A stretch of 64,000 bases of DNA from assembly GCA_965116495.1 (NCBI GenBank), contig OZ220696.1, positions 896,001 through 960,000 of the forward strand. Direction: 5' to 3'. Under the pieces are notes generated by a model. The model had not been told where the DNA came from and made no database searches. It was given only the letters and a program-made list of their open reading frames with translations. The stretch is from Gammaproteobacteria bacterium. GTDB lineage: Bacteria; Pseudomonadota; Gammaproteobacteria; Eutrophobiales; Eutrophobiaceae. A program made the translations under genes and the position numbers. Positions within the stretch are counted from its first letter, which is position 1, and every line of letters begins with the position of its first letter. Positions 46,644 to 56,698 of the stretch are shown here, in pieces.

Positions 46644-48059
46644 TCAAACACTACCCAGAACATCGAGTAATATATCCACGGCCTTGTTCATGTACTCGCG
46701 AGTGATGGTCAACGAGGGCATCAGCCGCAGCACGTTGCCGTTACGGCCACAGGGCACCATGATGATACCGTTCGATAACAGGCCCATGACCACCTTCATC
46801 ATCGTATCCTGGTCGGCGGGTTCCCGCGTCTCCCTGTCCATCACCAGTTCTATGCCGATCATCAGCCCCCTGCCCCGCACTTCACCGATGATGGACAGGT
46901 TCCCACTGGCGGCCTGTAACCGGTCCAGTACTTCCTTGCCCACCTGGGCCGCCCTCTGCACCAATTCGCCTTCCTGGATGATGTCGATATTGGTCATGGT
47001 TACCGCAGAAGATACCGCATTGGCGGCAAAGGTCTGGGGTTGTGACATGTCGTCAAGCTGTTGCGCCAGGTCCTTGCGCATGATGACACCGGCCATGGGC
47101 AGGTCTCCACCCATGCCCTTGCCGAAGGTGATCATGTCCGGTTTCACCCCGGCGTGTTCGATGGACCACATCTTGCCGGTGCGGCCGGTGCCCGCCTGAA
47201 CCTCGTCGGCGATAAACAGGGCGCCGTGTTTTTCACAGGCGGCTTTAACCCGAAGGAAGAATTCGGGCGCCGGCGGCACGTACCCCCCTTCCCCCTGCAC
47301 GGGTTCGACGATGACGGCCGCCACGTCATCCGCCGCGGTATACGGTGTATTCAACAGGTAATCCACGTAGTCACCGCAAACTTCCTCGCAGGACTTGTCT
47401 CCAAGGGGCAGTGGGAAACGGTAGGCGTAAGGGTAAGGTGCGTGTATGACGCCCCCCATGAACGGGCCATAACCCTTGCGGTACTGGGCGCCGGTGGTGA
47501 TGGCATTGGAGGCGGCCCAGACACCGTGGTAGGCGCCGTGGAAGGCCATAATCTGGTGGCGCCCGGTCACCCGGCGGGCAAACTTGATGGCGCATTCCAG
47601 TGCGCCGCTGCCACTCTGGGTGAAATAACTGATACAGTTGTTCCTGAGGCCCGGCGGCGCGATGGAGGCGATCTTTTTCGCCAGTTCCCCGCGCTTGGTA
47701 TTACTGATATCCGAGGCGTGCATGAGAATCTTCGACTGGCGTTCCATGGCCTCGATAACCCTGGGATGGGACCGGCCGACGCTGCTGACCCCGACACCGG
47801 CAGACACATCAATATACAGGTTACCGTCCGGATCCTTCACCGTAACCCCCTTGCCCACATCGAACACAAGCGGAAAACCGCCGCCACCCCGGGTCATCGA
47901 TTCAAATTCCGGCGCTTCGGCGAGCAACTCTCCGGCCTTCGGGCCAGGGACACTGCCGGTAACTATCTTCGGTGCATCGGGAAAGGAAAGTTCTGCCAGT
48001 TGCTGTTCCGACATCATGATAGTCTCCTGTGTAATCGAAGGTGGATTGGTTATAGGCAA
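46644..48059 (-). CDS. Class III PLP aminotransferase (GabT-like)
   Basis: PGPK, DPDGNLYID, SGSGALE, FHGAYHG, EPVQGEGG, DEVQAGTGRTG, GKGMGG. Confidence 0.95.
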   Translation of the reverse strand: MPITNPPSITQETIMMSEQQLAELSFPDAPKIVTGSVPGPKAGELLAEAPEFESMTRGGGGFPLVFDVGKGVTVKDPDGNLYIDVSAGVGVSSVGRSHPRVIEAMERQSKILMHASDISNTKRGELAKKIASIAPPGLRNNCISYFTQSGSGALECAIKFARRVTGRHQIMAFHGAYHGVWAASNAITTGAQYRKGYGPFMGGVIHAPYPYAYRFPLPLGDKSCEEVCGDYVDYLLNTPYTAADDVAAVIVEPVQGEGGYVPPAPEFFLRVKAACEKHGALFIADEVQAGTGRTGKMWSIEHAGVKPDMITFGKGMGGDLPMAGVIMRKDLAQQLDDMSQPQTFAANAVSSAVTMTNIDIIQEGELVQRAAQVGKEVLDRLQAASGNLSIIGEVRGRGLMIGIELVMDRETREPADQDTMMKVVMGLLSNGIIMVPCGRNGNVLRLMPSLTITREYMNKAVDILLDVLGSV

Positions 48060-48135
48060 TCGGTGTAATTTGTCCCACCCGGGCTGACGGGGTAAAGTCG
48101 AGCGTCCGGCATATTCAAAACTGTGCTACCAGGTA

Positions 48136-49197
48136 TCAGCCGGAGCTTTTATCAGCCGCATGTTCATTCGGGAGCAGCGGCCAGAAGCGGAAATAATCCA
48201 GCAAAATCACCAGCACGGGGAAGGTCAGGCCCAGCAGCGCATTGGCCAGCCACAGTTCCTGCTGGTAGTGGCCTTCCGGTCCGGCAACCAGGGGCCCGGA
48301 CACGATCGGTCCCATGTACAGGTAAATTCGCTGTAATATAAATGCTGCCACCGTACACAGCAGCACAAGCAGGATTCCCCTGAGAGGTTGCTCCATATTC
48401 TTCAGCAATCCGCCCTGGAAAAAGGTCAGGGGCACAAAGGTCCCGAAAATGAACGATATGGGCACCAGCACCAGGTACCTGACCTGGTCCATACCCAGCA
48501 CCATGGTACAGACAGAGTAAAGCAGTCCCCCCAGCGCCGCCACAATAGCCGTTGAGGCCAATACGCCGAGGGTGGGATTCCTGATGGCCCGTACCGGCCA
48601 GCCTTCAAACAGCGGGAAGACCATGATAACCGCAACAGTCGATACGCCCACTGCCAACGGACTCCACGCCATAAATAATCCGCCCGGGTCGGCGTCCGCG
48701 AAATACACCGGCGCCCCTTCCAGGAAACTGAAATCAAATAACAAATGAAAGATTGCATAGCCGCCCAGGTAGGCGACGACCAGCACGCTCAGGCCGATTA
48801 GCAGCGGGTTGCTGCAGAAAAGTGTCACCGGCCAGCAATGCCAGAGGGCCACATACCAGAAGGTCACTACGACTACCAGGATGGAATACATCATCATCAT
48901 GGGGGTAATGCCGTGGCCCTTGCCGACAAGATGATAGGACACGAAAGCCAGGGACAGCCCGACTGCCATCGTGATCAGTGTCATCACCAGGCCCTTCAGC
49001 GGCTGTGGTATCGTTGTCAGCAATGCCGGGTAATTTGTCTGCCAAACCATGGCCATGATGAGTTGCATGGGTACCAGCGCCATAAACAACCATGCCACCC
49101 AGGTACTGAATGTGGCCTCCTCAAACAGGCTGATGATACCCAGTGAAATAATCACCACAGCGATCAAACTGATGACTCCCAGCAAAGGCTGTTTCAT
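48136..49197 (-). CDS. Polytopic membrane protein of unknown function (possible permease)
   Basis: About 10 TM helices; recurring (W/Y)P...(Q/N)PxxG motif; ATGA overlap with the upstream molybdoenzyme gene. Confidence 0.7.
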   Translation of the reverse strand: MKQPLLGVISLIAVVIISLGIISLFEEATFSTWVAWLFMALVPMQLIMAMVWQTNYPALLTTIPQPLKGLVMTLITMAVGLSLAFVSYHLVGKGHGITPMMMMYSILVVVVTFWYVALWHCWPVTLFCSNPLLIGLSVLVVAYLGGYAIFHLLFDFSFLEGAPVYFADADPGGLFMAWSPLAVGVSTVAVIMVFPLFEGWPVRAIRNPTLGVLASTAIVAALGGLLYSVCTMVLGMDQVRYLVLVPISFIFGTFVPLTFFQGGLLKNMEQPLRGILLVLLCTVAAFILQRIYLYMGPIVSGPLVAGPEGHYQQELWLANALLGLTFPVLVILLDYFRFWPLLPNEHAADKSSG

Positions 49198-51332
49198 GTT
49201 GTTCTGTTCTCCTGTGCTGCTTTATTAACCTGGCACATCAACCCTTTCAGGTTCGTGGCCCCCATGCCCGGGTCCAGCCCGCCGGCATCCTCGGTGAGCA
49301 TATTGATATTGGACTCTAACTGAACTTCAATATCCGTGCGATCTTTTTCCGGGAACCACCAACCCCACTCGGCACTGACGACTCTCGGGTCGATACCGTC
49401 AAACAACCTGGCCCGGAACTTGACCTTGCCGCGCGGCGATTCGATATGGACCCAGTCGCCGTCATCGATGCCCCGCGCCGTTGCCGTATCCGGGTGCATT
49501 TCCACCAGGGGATCGGGATGCGTACGGCGTAAATAATCGCCCTGGCGGTGCTCGGAGCCAAAAAAGTTGAATATCCGCTGGCCGGTGATCAACACCAAAG
49601 GATATTTTTCCACAAACTCGGGTTCCCGTTCCGGGCTTTCCGGCGGTTCCACATAACCGGGCAAGGGGTCATAGCCCCACTCTTCGTATTTATGCAGGTA
49701 AAAATCCAGCTTGCCGGATGCCGAGTTGAAACCGTCCTTTTCATACTTGCGGTATTTCACTTCCGTTTGAATATACGGCATTTCCCTGAATTCATCCCAG
49801 GTCAACCCGGCAGGCTCAAGGATGTGGTCCAGGGACTCTTCATAACTGTCCCAGAAATGCTCCGTAAAGCCCAGTTTCCGACCCAGTTCATTGAGTATCA
49901 GGTGATCCGGTCGGGCTTCGCCCTCCGGTTCCACCGCCTTGTTGCGGGGAAAGACATAACCGTGCACCTTCCAGTAATCGGCAATATTGTCATTTTCCAG
50001 CCAGGTGGCCGCCGGCAACACGATATCCGCCAGTTCCGTAGTCAGCGTAGGGAAAATGTCTACGGCTACGAAATACTCCAGCTTGTCTTTCAGGAGGTTA
50101 TAAACACGTCTTGAGTTCTCGCGCGCGGTCAGTGTATTACTGGCGAATATCACCATCGCCCTGACCTGGTAGGGATCTGCTTCTTCGATGGCGTCCCAGA
50201 CCACGTGGGGTGTGATCCGGTTAATGGTTGCCCCGAGTTTATAACTGTCTGCTCCCAGCATTTTGGCATGCTGCTCCGGCGGCAACCGGTCAAACATGGA
50301 GAATTTCGCCCGCGGCAGACCCGGCGGCAGACCAAAAATCACGTTGCCGCCCGGCACATCCAGGTTACCGGTCAGTGCAACCAGGTAGATCAATGCCCGG
50401 TCGGCATCGACACAGTTGATGTTCTGTTCTATACCGACCCCCCACTGCATGGCCGCCGGCCCGGTAGTGGCATACAGCCGCGCCGCCTCGATAATCTTCT
50501 CCTTCGGCACCCAGGTGATTTGTTCGGCGCGTTCCGGCGTGAACTCTTCGAGCCGTTCGACAAACTTGTCAAAACCGGTGGTGTAATTCTCCACGAAGTG
50601 ATGATCGTAAAGGTCCTCTTTCACTATGACATGCATCATGGCCAGGGCCAGGGCCGAATCAGTGGCGGGGCGGATCTGCAGAAACAGGTCAGCCTTATCG
50701 GCCAGTTTTGTGCGGCGCGGGTCGATCACAATAAACTTCGCTCCATTTTTTAATGTCCTGGCCAGGTTGATGCCCTTGTTTTCATCCGGGTTGGAAATGA
50801 GGTGATTACTGCCCCAGGCCACCACACAGGCCGGGTTGTTGTCATAGTCGCAAAGGGATATATCCATCCCCATCAATTTTGATATCGCCACCCGCGGCAG
50901 ATAACACATATGCCCCGGCGTAAGCACATTGGGCGAACCGAAGAGATTGGCCACACGATAGACAAAACGATGGAAATCGCGGCCGGTGCCGTGGCCGAAA
51001 ACAACGGATTCTGCGCCTGACTCCCGTTTGAATTGATTCAGCTTTTCGGCTATTTCGGTCAGCGCCTCCTCCCAGGAGATACGTTCCCACTTTCCCTCCC
51101 CACGGGCGCCTGCCCGCCGTAGAGGGTGCAATAAACGGTCGGGATGGTATTGTAATTCAATAGACCCGTATGCCTTTTTGCAGGTATAGCCTTTACTGAC
51201 CGGATGTGCCTTGTCCGGTTTAATCTTCACAACCTTGCCGTCTTCCACAACGACATACACGCCGCAACCACCATGACCGCAAGAACGGCAGATTGTACGA
51301 ATCGATTGTTGATTATCTACATTTGTTTCCAT
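49194..51332 (-). CDS. Mo/W-bisPGD oxidoreductase, acetylene-hydratase-like clade
   Basis: CRSCGHGGC...C-K [4Fe-4S] motif; WERISWEEAL; GSPN....HMC (Cys ligand position); IDPRRT; ADIVLPAATWLE; no Tat signal. Confidence 0.88.
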   Translation of the reverse strand: METNVDNQQSIRTICRSCGHGGCGVYVVVEDGKVVKIKPDKAHPVSKGYTCKKAYGSIELQYHPDRLLHPLRRAGARGEGKWERISWEEALTEIAEKLNQFKRESGAESVVFGHGTGRDFHRFVYRVANLFGSPNVLTPGHMCYLPRVAISKLMGMDISLCDYDNNPACVVAWGSNHLISNPDENKGINLARTLKNGAKFIVIDPRRTKLADKADLFLQIRPATDSALALAMMHVIVKEDLYDHHFVENYTTGFDKFVERLEEFTPERAEQITWVPKEKIIEAARLYATTGPAAMQWGVGIEQNINCVDADRALIYLVALTGNLDVPGGNVIFGLPPGLPRAKFSMFDRLPPEQHAKMLGADSYKLGATINRITPHVVWDAIEEADPYQVRAMVIFASNTLTARENSRRVYNLLKDKLEYFVAVDIFPTLTTELADIVLPAATWLENDNIADYWKVHGYVFPRNKAVEPEGEARPDHLILNELGRKLGFTEHFWDSYEESLDHILEPAGLTWDEFREMPYIQTEVKYRKYEKDGFNSASGKLDFYLHKYEEWGYDPLPGYVEPPESPEREPEFVEKYPLVLITGQRIFNFFGSEHRQGDYLRRTHPDPLVEMHPDTATARGIDDGDWVHIESPRGKVKFRARLFDGIDPRVVSAEWGWWFPEKDRTDIEVQLESNINMLTEDAGGLDPGMGATNLKGLMCQVNKAAQENRTT

Positions 51333-51362
51333 CTGTTCATCCGCAAGTCAATTACTGACATA

Positions 51363-52712
51363 TTAATCCTTTATCTCTGCTGCAAGATAGGTAACTGCTG
51401 CCCAGGCCGCGACATTTTGTTTCAACTGCGCGGGGTCGATCTTGTCCAGGGTGTCATCTGCCGTGTGGTGGTAGTCAAAATAGTCGGAACCGTCCTGCCG
51501 TAACCGGAATATGCGCACGCCCTTGTCCTGCAAGGGTCCGATATCGGGGCCACCGGAACTGGCAGCCTCCCCTTTTTTAACACCCAGTCCTTCCAGCACG
51601 GGCATGGCGCTGTCCATCAATACGGGATTATCGGTATCTAAGCGCCAGACCGGTCCTGCGCCAAAGTCCGATTCGGAGGCATAGAGGTGATCGTCCAGGA
51701 TGCCGGCATTGGCCGCCACATACTGCTTCGCCCCCCATAGACCGGCTTCCTCATTCCCGAACAGCACCAGTCGGATACTGCTGCGCGGTTTACGCGGCAG
51801 TTCACCTACCAGGTGCGCAGCAGCAGTGGTAATGGCAACGCCTGCCCCATCGTCCAGCGCTCCCGTACCCGGATCCCAGGAATCCAGGTGGGCGCCGATC
51901 AGCACCACTTTTTCTGGTGTTTCACGGCCGTTGACCTGGGCGATCACGTTCCAGGAGTGACCGATCTCCCGGTAGGCGACTTTAATATCCAGGGAGATCC
52001 TGACGGTTTCAGTACGCTCCATGATGCGCACCAGTTGATCTGCATCCGGTGCGGAAAGTGCTGCCGCAGGCAAGGGGTTTTTGTTCAGCGTTGATACGCC
52101 GGTATGAGGAAAGCGGTGGCTGTCGGTGCCGATAGAACGGATCAACACGGCGACAGCCCCTTTTTCCTTGGCCAGCGACCCCGCTTCATAACGGACCACG
52201 ACGGAATTGCTGTAACCTTCCCCGGTGCGGGAGCGTTCGGTAAAATAGTTGATAAAAATAATCCTGCCTGTCGTCTGTTCCAGGGGTGCGGCCTCCAGGG
52301 CCTCCAGACTTGCGAAACCGGCCACGTCTGCAACGATCTCACCGCCGGTAGACCCGCTGTAACCCAGTGCGGTGATATGCAGGTCCTGCGGAAAAGGAGA
52401 CACAATCCTTGCAGTTTCGTGATGGCGGGTCCAGACGGGAAATTCGATGCGCTCAAGCCATACTTTATCGAAAGAGAGCGACTCCAGTTTCTGTTTCGTC
52501 CACTCGACTGCGCGGTGATCCGCTTCCGTGCCGGCAAGGCGGGAACCCACCTCCGTGGTCAACCCTTCGACAATCTCCCAGGCCAGGTCGGATGCCAGAC
52601 CTGCCTCCCGCAACTGCACTGCCGTGCTGTGTACGGTATCATCCTGCGCCGGCGCTACCTGGAACAGCAGGAATAATACTGATGCCGGCAGCAAGCGGTT
52701 CATATCGGTCAT
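51363..52712 (-). CDS. M28-family metallopeptidase (carboxypeptidase Q-like), exported
   Basis: Signal peptide from MTDMNRLL; GAHLDSWD, GALDDGAG, NEEAGLWG, ESDFG, YHHTADD. Confidence 0.92.
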   Translation of the reverse strand: MTDMNRLLPASVLFLLFQVAPAQDDTVHSTAVQLREAGLASDLAWEIVEGLTTEVGSRLAGTEADHRAVEWTKQKLESLSFDKVWLERIEFPVWTRHHETARIVSPFPQDLHITALGYSGSTGGEIVADVAGFASLEALEAAPLEQTTGRIIFINYFTERSRTGEGYSNSVVVRYEAGSLAKEKGAVAVLIRSIGTDSHRFPHTGVSTLNKNPLPAAALSAPDADQLVRIMERTETVRISLDIKVAYREIGHSWNVIAQVNGRETPEKVVLIGAHLDSWDPGTGALDDGAGVAITTAAAHLVGELPRKPRSSIRLVLFGNEEAGLWGAKQYVAANAGILDDHLYASESDFGAGPVWRLDTDNPVLMDSAMPVLEGLGVKKGEAASSGGPDIGPLQDKGVRIFRLRQDGSDYFDYHHTADDTLDKIDPAQLKQNVAAWAAVTYLAAEIKD

Positions 52713-52847
52713 GGGTCGGTTTTCAATACAGGTTTTTCGGTTAACAGTCTGGGTCATCGATATTATGATGCATGCCGGCCTGACTTTCCATAAGCAGGCT
52801 GCAGGAGTGTTGTCTTTGCCGGGTCCGCTGAAGGAATAAGTTGCCCA

Positions 52848-52897
52848 CTGGATTCCTGCTCCCTGCTTCCGCAGGGACAAGCTTCGCAGGGATGACA
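52848..52897. repeat. CGTC-type REP (reverse orientation)
   Basis: CTGGATTCCTGCTCCCTGC...GCAGGGACAAGCTTCGCAGGGATGAC, reverse complement of the 36687 copy type. Confidence 0.8.
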
Positions 52898-53031
52898 GCA
52901 TGGAGTTTGACCATACTTTGAGCCACACCCCAACCAGGAGGTTCACTGGGTTGATACCAGCCAGGTAGCCTTCCATTCGACATAATGATATAACTTGCAA
53001 GAGATGACCATACGAAGAGTGAGATGGCGAA

Positions 53032-54564
53032 ATGACTGAAATAACGCCTGTTCTGGAATTTATAAAAGTAGCAAACAGTGAATCCGCTGCAATAAACGCC
53101 CCCGGACAGGAAGCCCTCAGCTTCGGCGAGTTGCTGAAACTAGTTGAAAACACGGTATCAACACTGAACCGGAACGGCATTCGCAGAAACGACAGGGTCG
53201 CGATCGTATTGCCTAACGGCGCCGAGATGGCGGCAGCTTTTATAGCAATTTCCTGTGGCGCTACTGCCGCGCCGCTTAATCCTGCGTATCAGAAGGCTGA
53301 ATTTGATTTTTATCTGTCAGATCTCAATGCCGGCGTGCTGATCGTGGACGAGAACAGCCGCTCTCCGTCCCTTGAGTCTGCACGGGAGTTGAATATCCCC
53401 GTGCTGTTATTAAAAAAAGGAGGCTCCCTGACAGCAGGCGAATTCAGGCTGGAACCGGCCGCTAAAGTCCGGCAGGACAGGACGGTCATGACCCCGGATC
53501 TGGCCGGCAGCAACGATGTGGCGCTGGTTTTACATACATCCGGCACCACATCGCGCCCCAAAATTGTCCCGTTGACGCAACGGAACATCTGCGCCAGTGC
53601 AGAAAATATCCGGACCACCCTGAACCTCACAGCCGCAGACCGCTGTTTGAACGTGATGCCGCTGTTTCATATCCATGGCCTGATCGCAGCCGTTCTATCG
53701 AGTATCAGTGCCGGGGCGGGTATCTTCTGTACGCCGGGTTTCAATGCATTGAAATTTTTTGCCTGGCTGGAGGAAGCGCAACCAAGCTGGTATACCGCGG
53801 TCCCGACCATGCACCAGGCTATTCTGGCCAGGGCCGGTAAAAATAAAGAGATAGCCAGACAGTCCGCTTTGCGGTTTATCCGATCTTCGTCCGCGTCATT
53901 ACCCCCACAAGTCCTGAATGAACTGGAGCAAACTTTTAACACACCTGTCATCGAAGCTTATGCCATGACGGAGGCATCCCACCAGATGACGAGCAATCCG
54001 TTACCCCCCGGAACAAGAAAGCCGGGCAGCGTCGGCATGGCAGCCGGACCAAAGGTGGCGATCATGAGCAAGACCGGCAAGCTGCTGGAGCAAGGTTCCA
54101 TCGACGAGGTGGTGATTCAAGGGGAGAACGTCACGGCAGGGTATGACAAAAACCCGGCAGCAAACCGGGAAAACTTTGTCAACGGCTGGTTCCGCACCGG
54201 CGACCAGGGGGTGATGGATGAAGATGGGTACCTGACAATCACCGGGCGTTTGAAGGAGATCATCAACCGGGGTGGAGAAAAAATTTCACCCAGGGAAGTG
54301 GACGAAATCCTGCTGGACCATCCTTCGGTAAGCCAGGCTGTCACATTTGCCTTCCCCCACGATAAACTGGGCGAAGAAGTGGCGGCGGCTGTTGTGTTAA
54401 AAGACGGTCAGACAGCAAGCGAGAGTGAACTTCGCTCCTTTGCCGCAGAATATCTGGCCGGTTTTAAAGTGCCAAAGAAAATCATGTTGCTTGACGATAT
54501 TCCCAAAGGCGCGACCGGAAAAGTACAGCGCATTGGTCTGGCCGGGAAACTGGGGCTGGTCTGA
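53032..54564 (+). CDS. Acyl-CoA synthetase (oxalate-CoA ligase-like)
   Basis: LHTSGTTSRPKIVPL, MPLFHIHGL, WYTAVPTMHQ, RSSSASL, EAYAMTEASHQMTSNPLPP, INRGGEKISP. Confidence 0.88.
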   Translation: MTEITPVLEFIKVANSESAAINAPGQEALSFGELLKLVENTVSTLNRNGIRRNDRVAIVLPNGAEMAAAFIAISCGATAAPLNPAYQKAEFDFYLSDLNAGVLIVDENSRSPSLESARELNIPVLLLKKGGSLTAGEFRLEPAAKVRQDRTVMTPDLAGSNDVALVLHTSGTTSRPKIVPLTQRNICASAENIRTTLNLTAADRCLNVMPLFHIHGLIAAVLSSISAGAGIFCTPGFNALKFFAWLEEAQPSWYTAVPTMHQAILARAGKNKEIARQSALRFIRSSSASLPPQVLNELEQTFNTPVIEAYAMTEASHQMTSNPLPPGTRKPGSVGMAAGPKVAIMSKTGKLLEQGSIDEVVIQGENVTAGYDKNPAANRENFVNGWFRTGDQGVMDEDGYLTITGRLKEIINRGGEKISPREVDEILLDHPSVSQAVTFAFPHDKLGEEVAAAVVLKDGQTASESELRSFAAEYLAGFKVPKKIMLLDDIPKGATGKVQRIGLAGKLGLV

Positions 54565-55538
54565 TGCGGATCTGTATATACGGCGCGGGGGCTATCGGGG
54601 GGTATATGGGCGCCCTGCTCTCCTTATCGGGGATTGACGTCACCCTGGTTGCCCGCGGGCCGCACCTGCAGGCGATGAAAAAAAACGGCTTGAAAATCAT
54701 TTCAGACGGGCAGGAAATAACCGCTTATCCGCACTGTACGGATGATCCCGCTGAAGCGGGTCCCCAGGATTACGTGATTATCACGCTGAAAGCCCCATCG
54801 GTGTCGAAGGTCCTGGATGCGATGCAGCCGTTGCTGGGGGAGCGAACCAGTGTAGTCACTACGGCCAACGGCATCCCCTGGTGGTATTTTTACGGGCTCA
54901 AGGGGCCCTGGGAGAATCACCGGCTGAAAACTGTCGACCCCGATAACCGCCAGTGGAACGGGATCGGCCCTGGGCGCGTCATCGGTTGTGTCGTCTACCC
55001 TGCCTGTGAAATCAGCGAACCGGGCGTGATTAAACATATGGAGGGAAACAGGTTTGCCCTGGGCGAACCCGACGGTGAAAAGTCTGAACGCTGCATGCAA
55101 CTGAGCAAAGCGCTGATCGGCGCCGGTTTCAAATCACCGGTGAGGTCCGAACTACGCAATGAAATCTGGGTGAAGTTATGGGGCAACCTCTGCTTTAACC
55201 CCATCAGTGTCCTGACACACGCAACGCTGGATGTGATAGCGACCGAGCCGGGTACGCGCGCGCTGGCAAAATCCATGATGCTGGAAGCACAGGCCATCGG
55301 GGAACAACTGGGAGTGCGATTTAGTGTTGGCGTTGAAAAGAGAATCGATGGGGCCGCGGCTGTCGGCGCCCACAAAACATCCATGCTGCAGGACCTGGAA
55401 GCCGGCAGGACCATGGAAATCGATGCGCTACTGGCTGTGGTAAAGGAACTGGGACAACTGGTCGGCGTCGCGACACCGGTAATCGACCTGGTACTGGCGC
55501 TGGTACAGCAACGGGCGCGCGTCGCGGGTTGTTATTAG
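54564..55538 (+). CDS. panE: Ketopantoate reductase family protein (possible oxalyl-CoA reductase)
   Basis: [37 protein letters not shown]; TGATG coupling to the ligase. Confidence 0.85.
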   Translation: MRICIYGAGAIGGYMGALLSLSGIDVTLVARGPHLQAMKKNGLKIISDGQEITAYPHCTDDPAEAGPQDYVIITLKAPSVSKVLDAMQPLLGERTSVVTTANGIPWWYFYGLKGPWENHRLKTVDPDNRQWNGIGPGRVIGCVVYPACEISEPGVIKHMEGNRFALGEPDGEKSERCMQLSKALIGAGFKSPVRSELRNEIWVKLWGNLCFNPISVLTHATLDVIATEPGTRALAKSMMLEAQAIGEQLGVRFSVGVEKRIDGAAAVGAHKTSMLQDLEAGRTMEIDALLAVVKELGQLVGVATPVIDLVLALVQQRARVAGCY

Positions 55539-55770
55539 TCCCTTGCGAGGCTGAGAAATTTTGCCATATGATCAAGTTCGCGCCCGGTATCGGTATTCAA
55601 TATTGACGCATAGCCTTCCCTGCCGCCCCAGAAAACGTAGTTTTCACCGTTCAGGGCTACCGTTGCATCCAATGCGCTCTTTACCTGTGCAGCAGCGTGG
55701 GCAAGTACATAAAAGTCCGGATTGGTGGCGGCGTCGTTCATGTAACGGGGATGGCTGAACATGGGATTGC
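55535..55770 (-). pseudogene. xylA: Xylose isomerase internal fragment
   Basis: FSHPRYM..AATNPD....AHAAAQVK...[16 protein letters not shown]...ELDHMAKFL. Confidence 0.85.
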
Positions 55771-55871
55771 CCACAAAGATAAGATACACAGGATGCCGCA
55801 GCGTTTCATTCTCCTGCGCACCACGATGGATAATGAAGAATGCATGCGGAGTGTGAAACCACCCATTAACT

Positions 55872-56150
55872 TTAATTCAATAGATGTAATTTCTTCAACG
55901 GCGAAATATCAATCGACCTGAACAGCGGGTAAACACTGATCCGGTCCCCCTGTTGCACGGCATAGGAAAAACCCACCGATTCGCCGTTTGCGATGATCAA
56001 ATCCACGTCCGTAACCGGAATAGCCAGCAGTTCAATCACATTCCTGACCGTATTTTGCTCCGGACAGGAAATATTTAATCGCCGCTGCCGGAATGACCGG
56101 CGCAGATGAGCATTCAATTCACCGTAGAAGCGTAAGCTGGCTGTGATCAT
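55872..56150 (-). CDS. Ubiquitin-like Mut7-C N-terminal domain, without the RNase domain (possibly truncated)
   Basis: LRFYGELN...[19 protein letters not shown]...[14 protein letters not shown]. Confidence 0.7.
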   Translation of the reverse strand: MITASLRFYGELNAHLRRSFRQRRLNISCPEQNTVRNVIELLAIPVTDVDLIIANGESVGFSYAVQQGDRISVYPLFRSIDISPLKKLHLLN

Positions 56151-56287
56151 GTAATCATCCGTTGTTTTCTATTGTTCATCTCCTCGAATGCCCGTTCAAC
56201 CCGTTCCCCGAGCTTACCACGCCGATACATCCGCAGACAGGCAGGTTCAAAGTCGTGCAGGATAAACTCCGGCATTTGCTCTGTCAT
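56147..56287 (-). pseudogene. Probable N-terminal remnant of a PflX-like radical SAM gene
   Basis: Manual translation MTEQMPEFILHDFEPACLRMYRRGKLGERVERAFEEM, ending before any CxxC motif. Confidence 0.4.
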
Positions 56288-56304
56288 CGATGCTAATTAT
56301 ACCA

Positions 56305-56567
56305 GTACCCTTTCCAGTTAATATTGACATGTTCAGAGTGAAGCAGCGGCGCCAAGACAAGGCGCAGTCCGCAGAGAATGGCGCGCCCTTGTCAAGGACT
56401 GCAACGCCGTATTGGCGCCGCTGCTTCGCTCCCTGCGGGCGGGCCGGGAAGCGGTCGCCCGCGGCGTTACGCCGCTTGGCAAGGGCGCGCCATTACCTGC
56501 GCGGCGCGCCTTGCGCGCAACCGCTTCCCGGCCCGCTGAACATGTCAATATTAACTGGAAAGGGTAC
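56305..56567. mobile_element. 263-bp structured MITE-like element, copy 2
   Basis: Perfect 32-bp TIR GTACCCTTTCCAGTTAATATTGACATGTTCAG; colinear with 16526-16788. Confidence 0.85.
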
Positions 56568-56698
56568 TAGCATGCCGGCGTAAAGTGATGTTTGGCGGGA
56601 TGTTTGAAAATGCCTGTATATGCAAGCATGATGTCCGGACCGGTTGGTTTCCGCTAATCGGTCAGTTAAGATAATCAACGAACACAAATAGCCAATAC

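Noticed and set aside
52713-53180. 156-aa N-terminal extension of the M28 peptidase in the ORF track
   Set aside because: Runs through a REP and overlaps the divergent ligase gene; a signal peptide begins at 52712/52703
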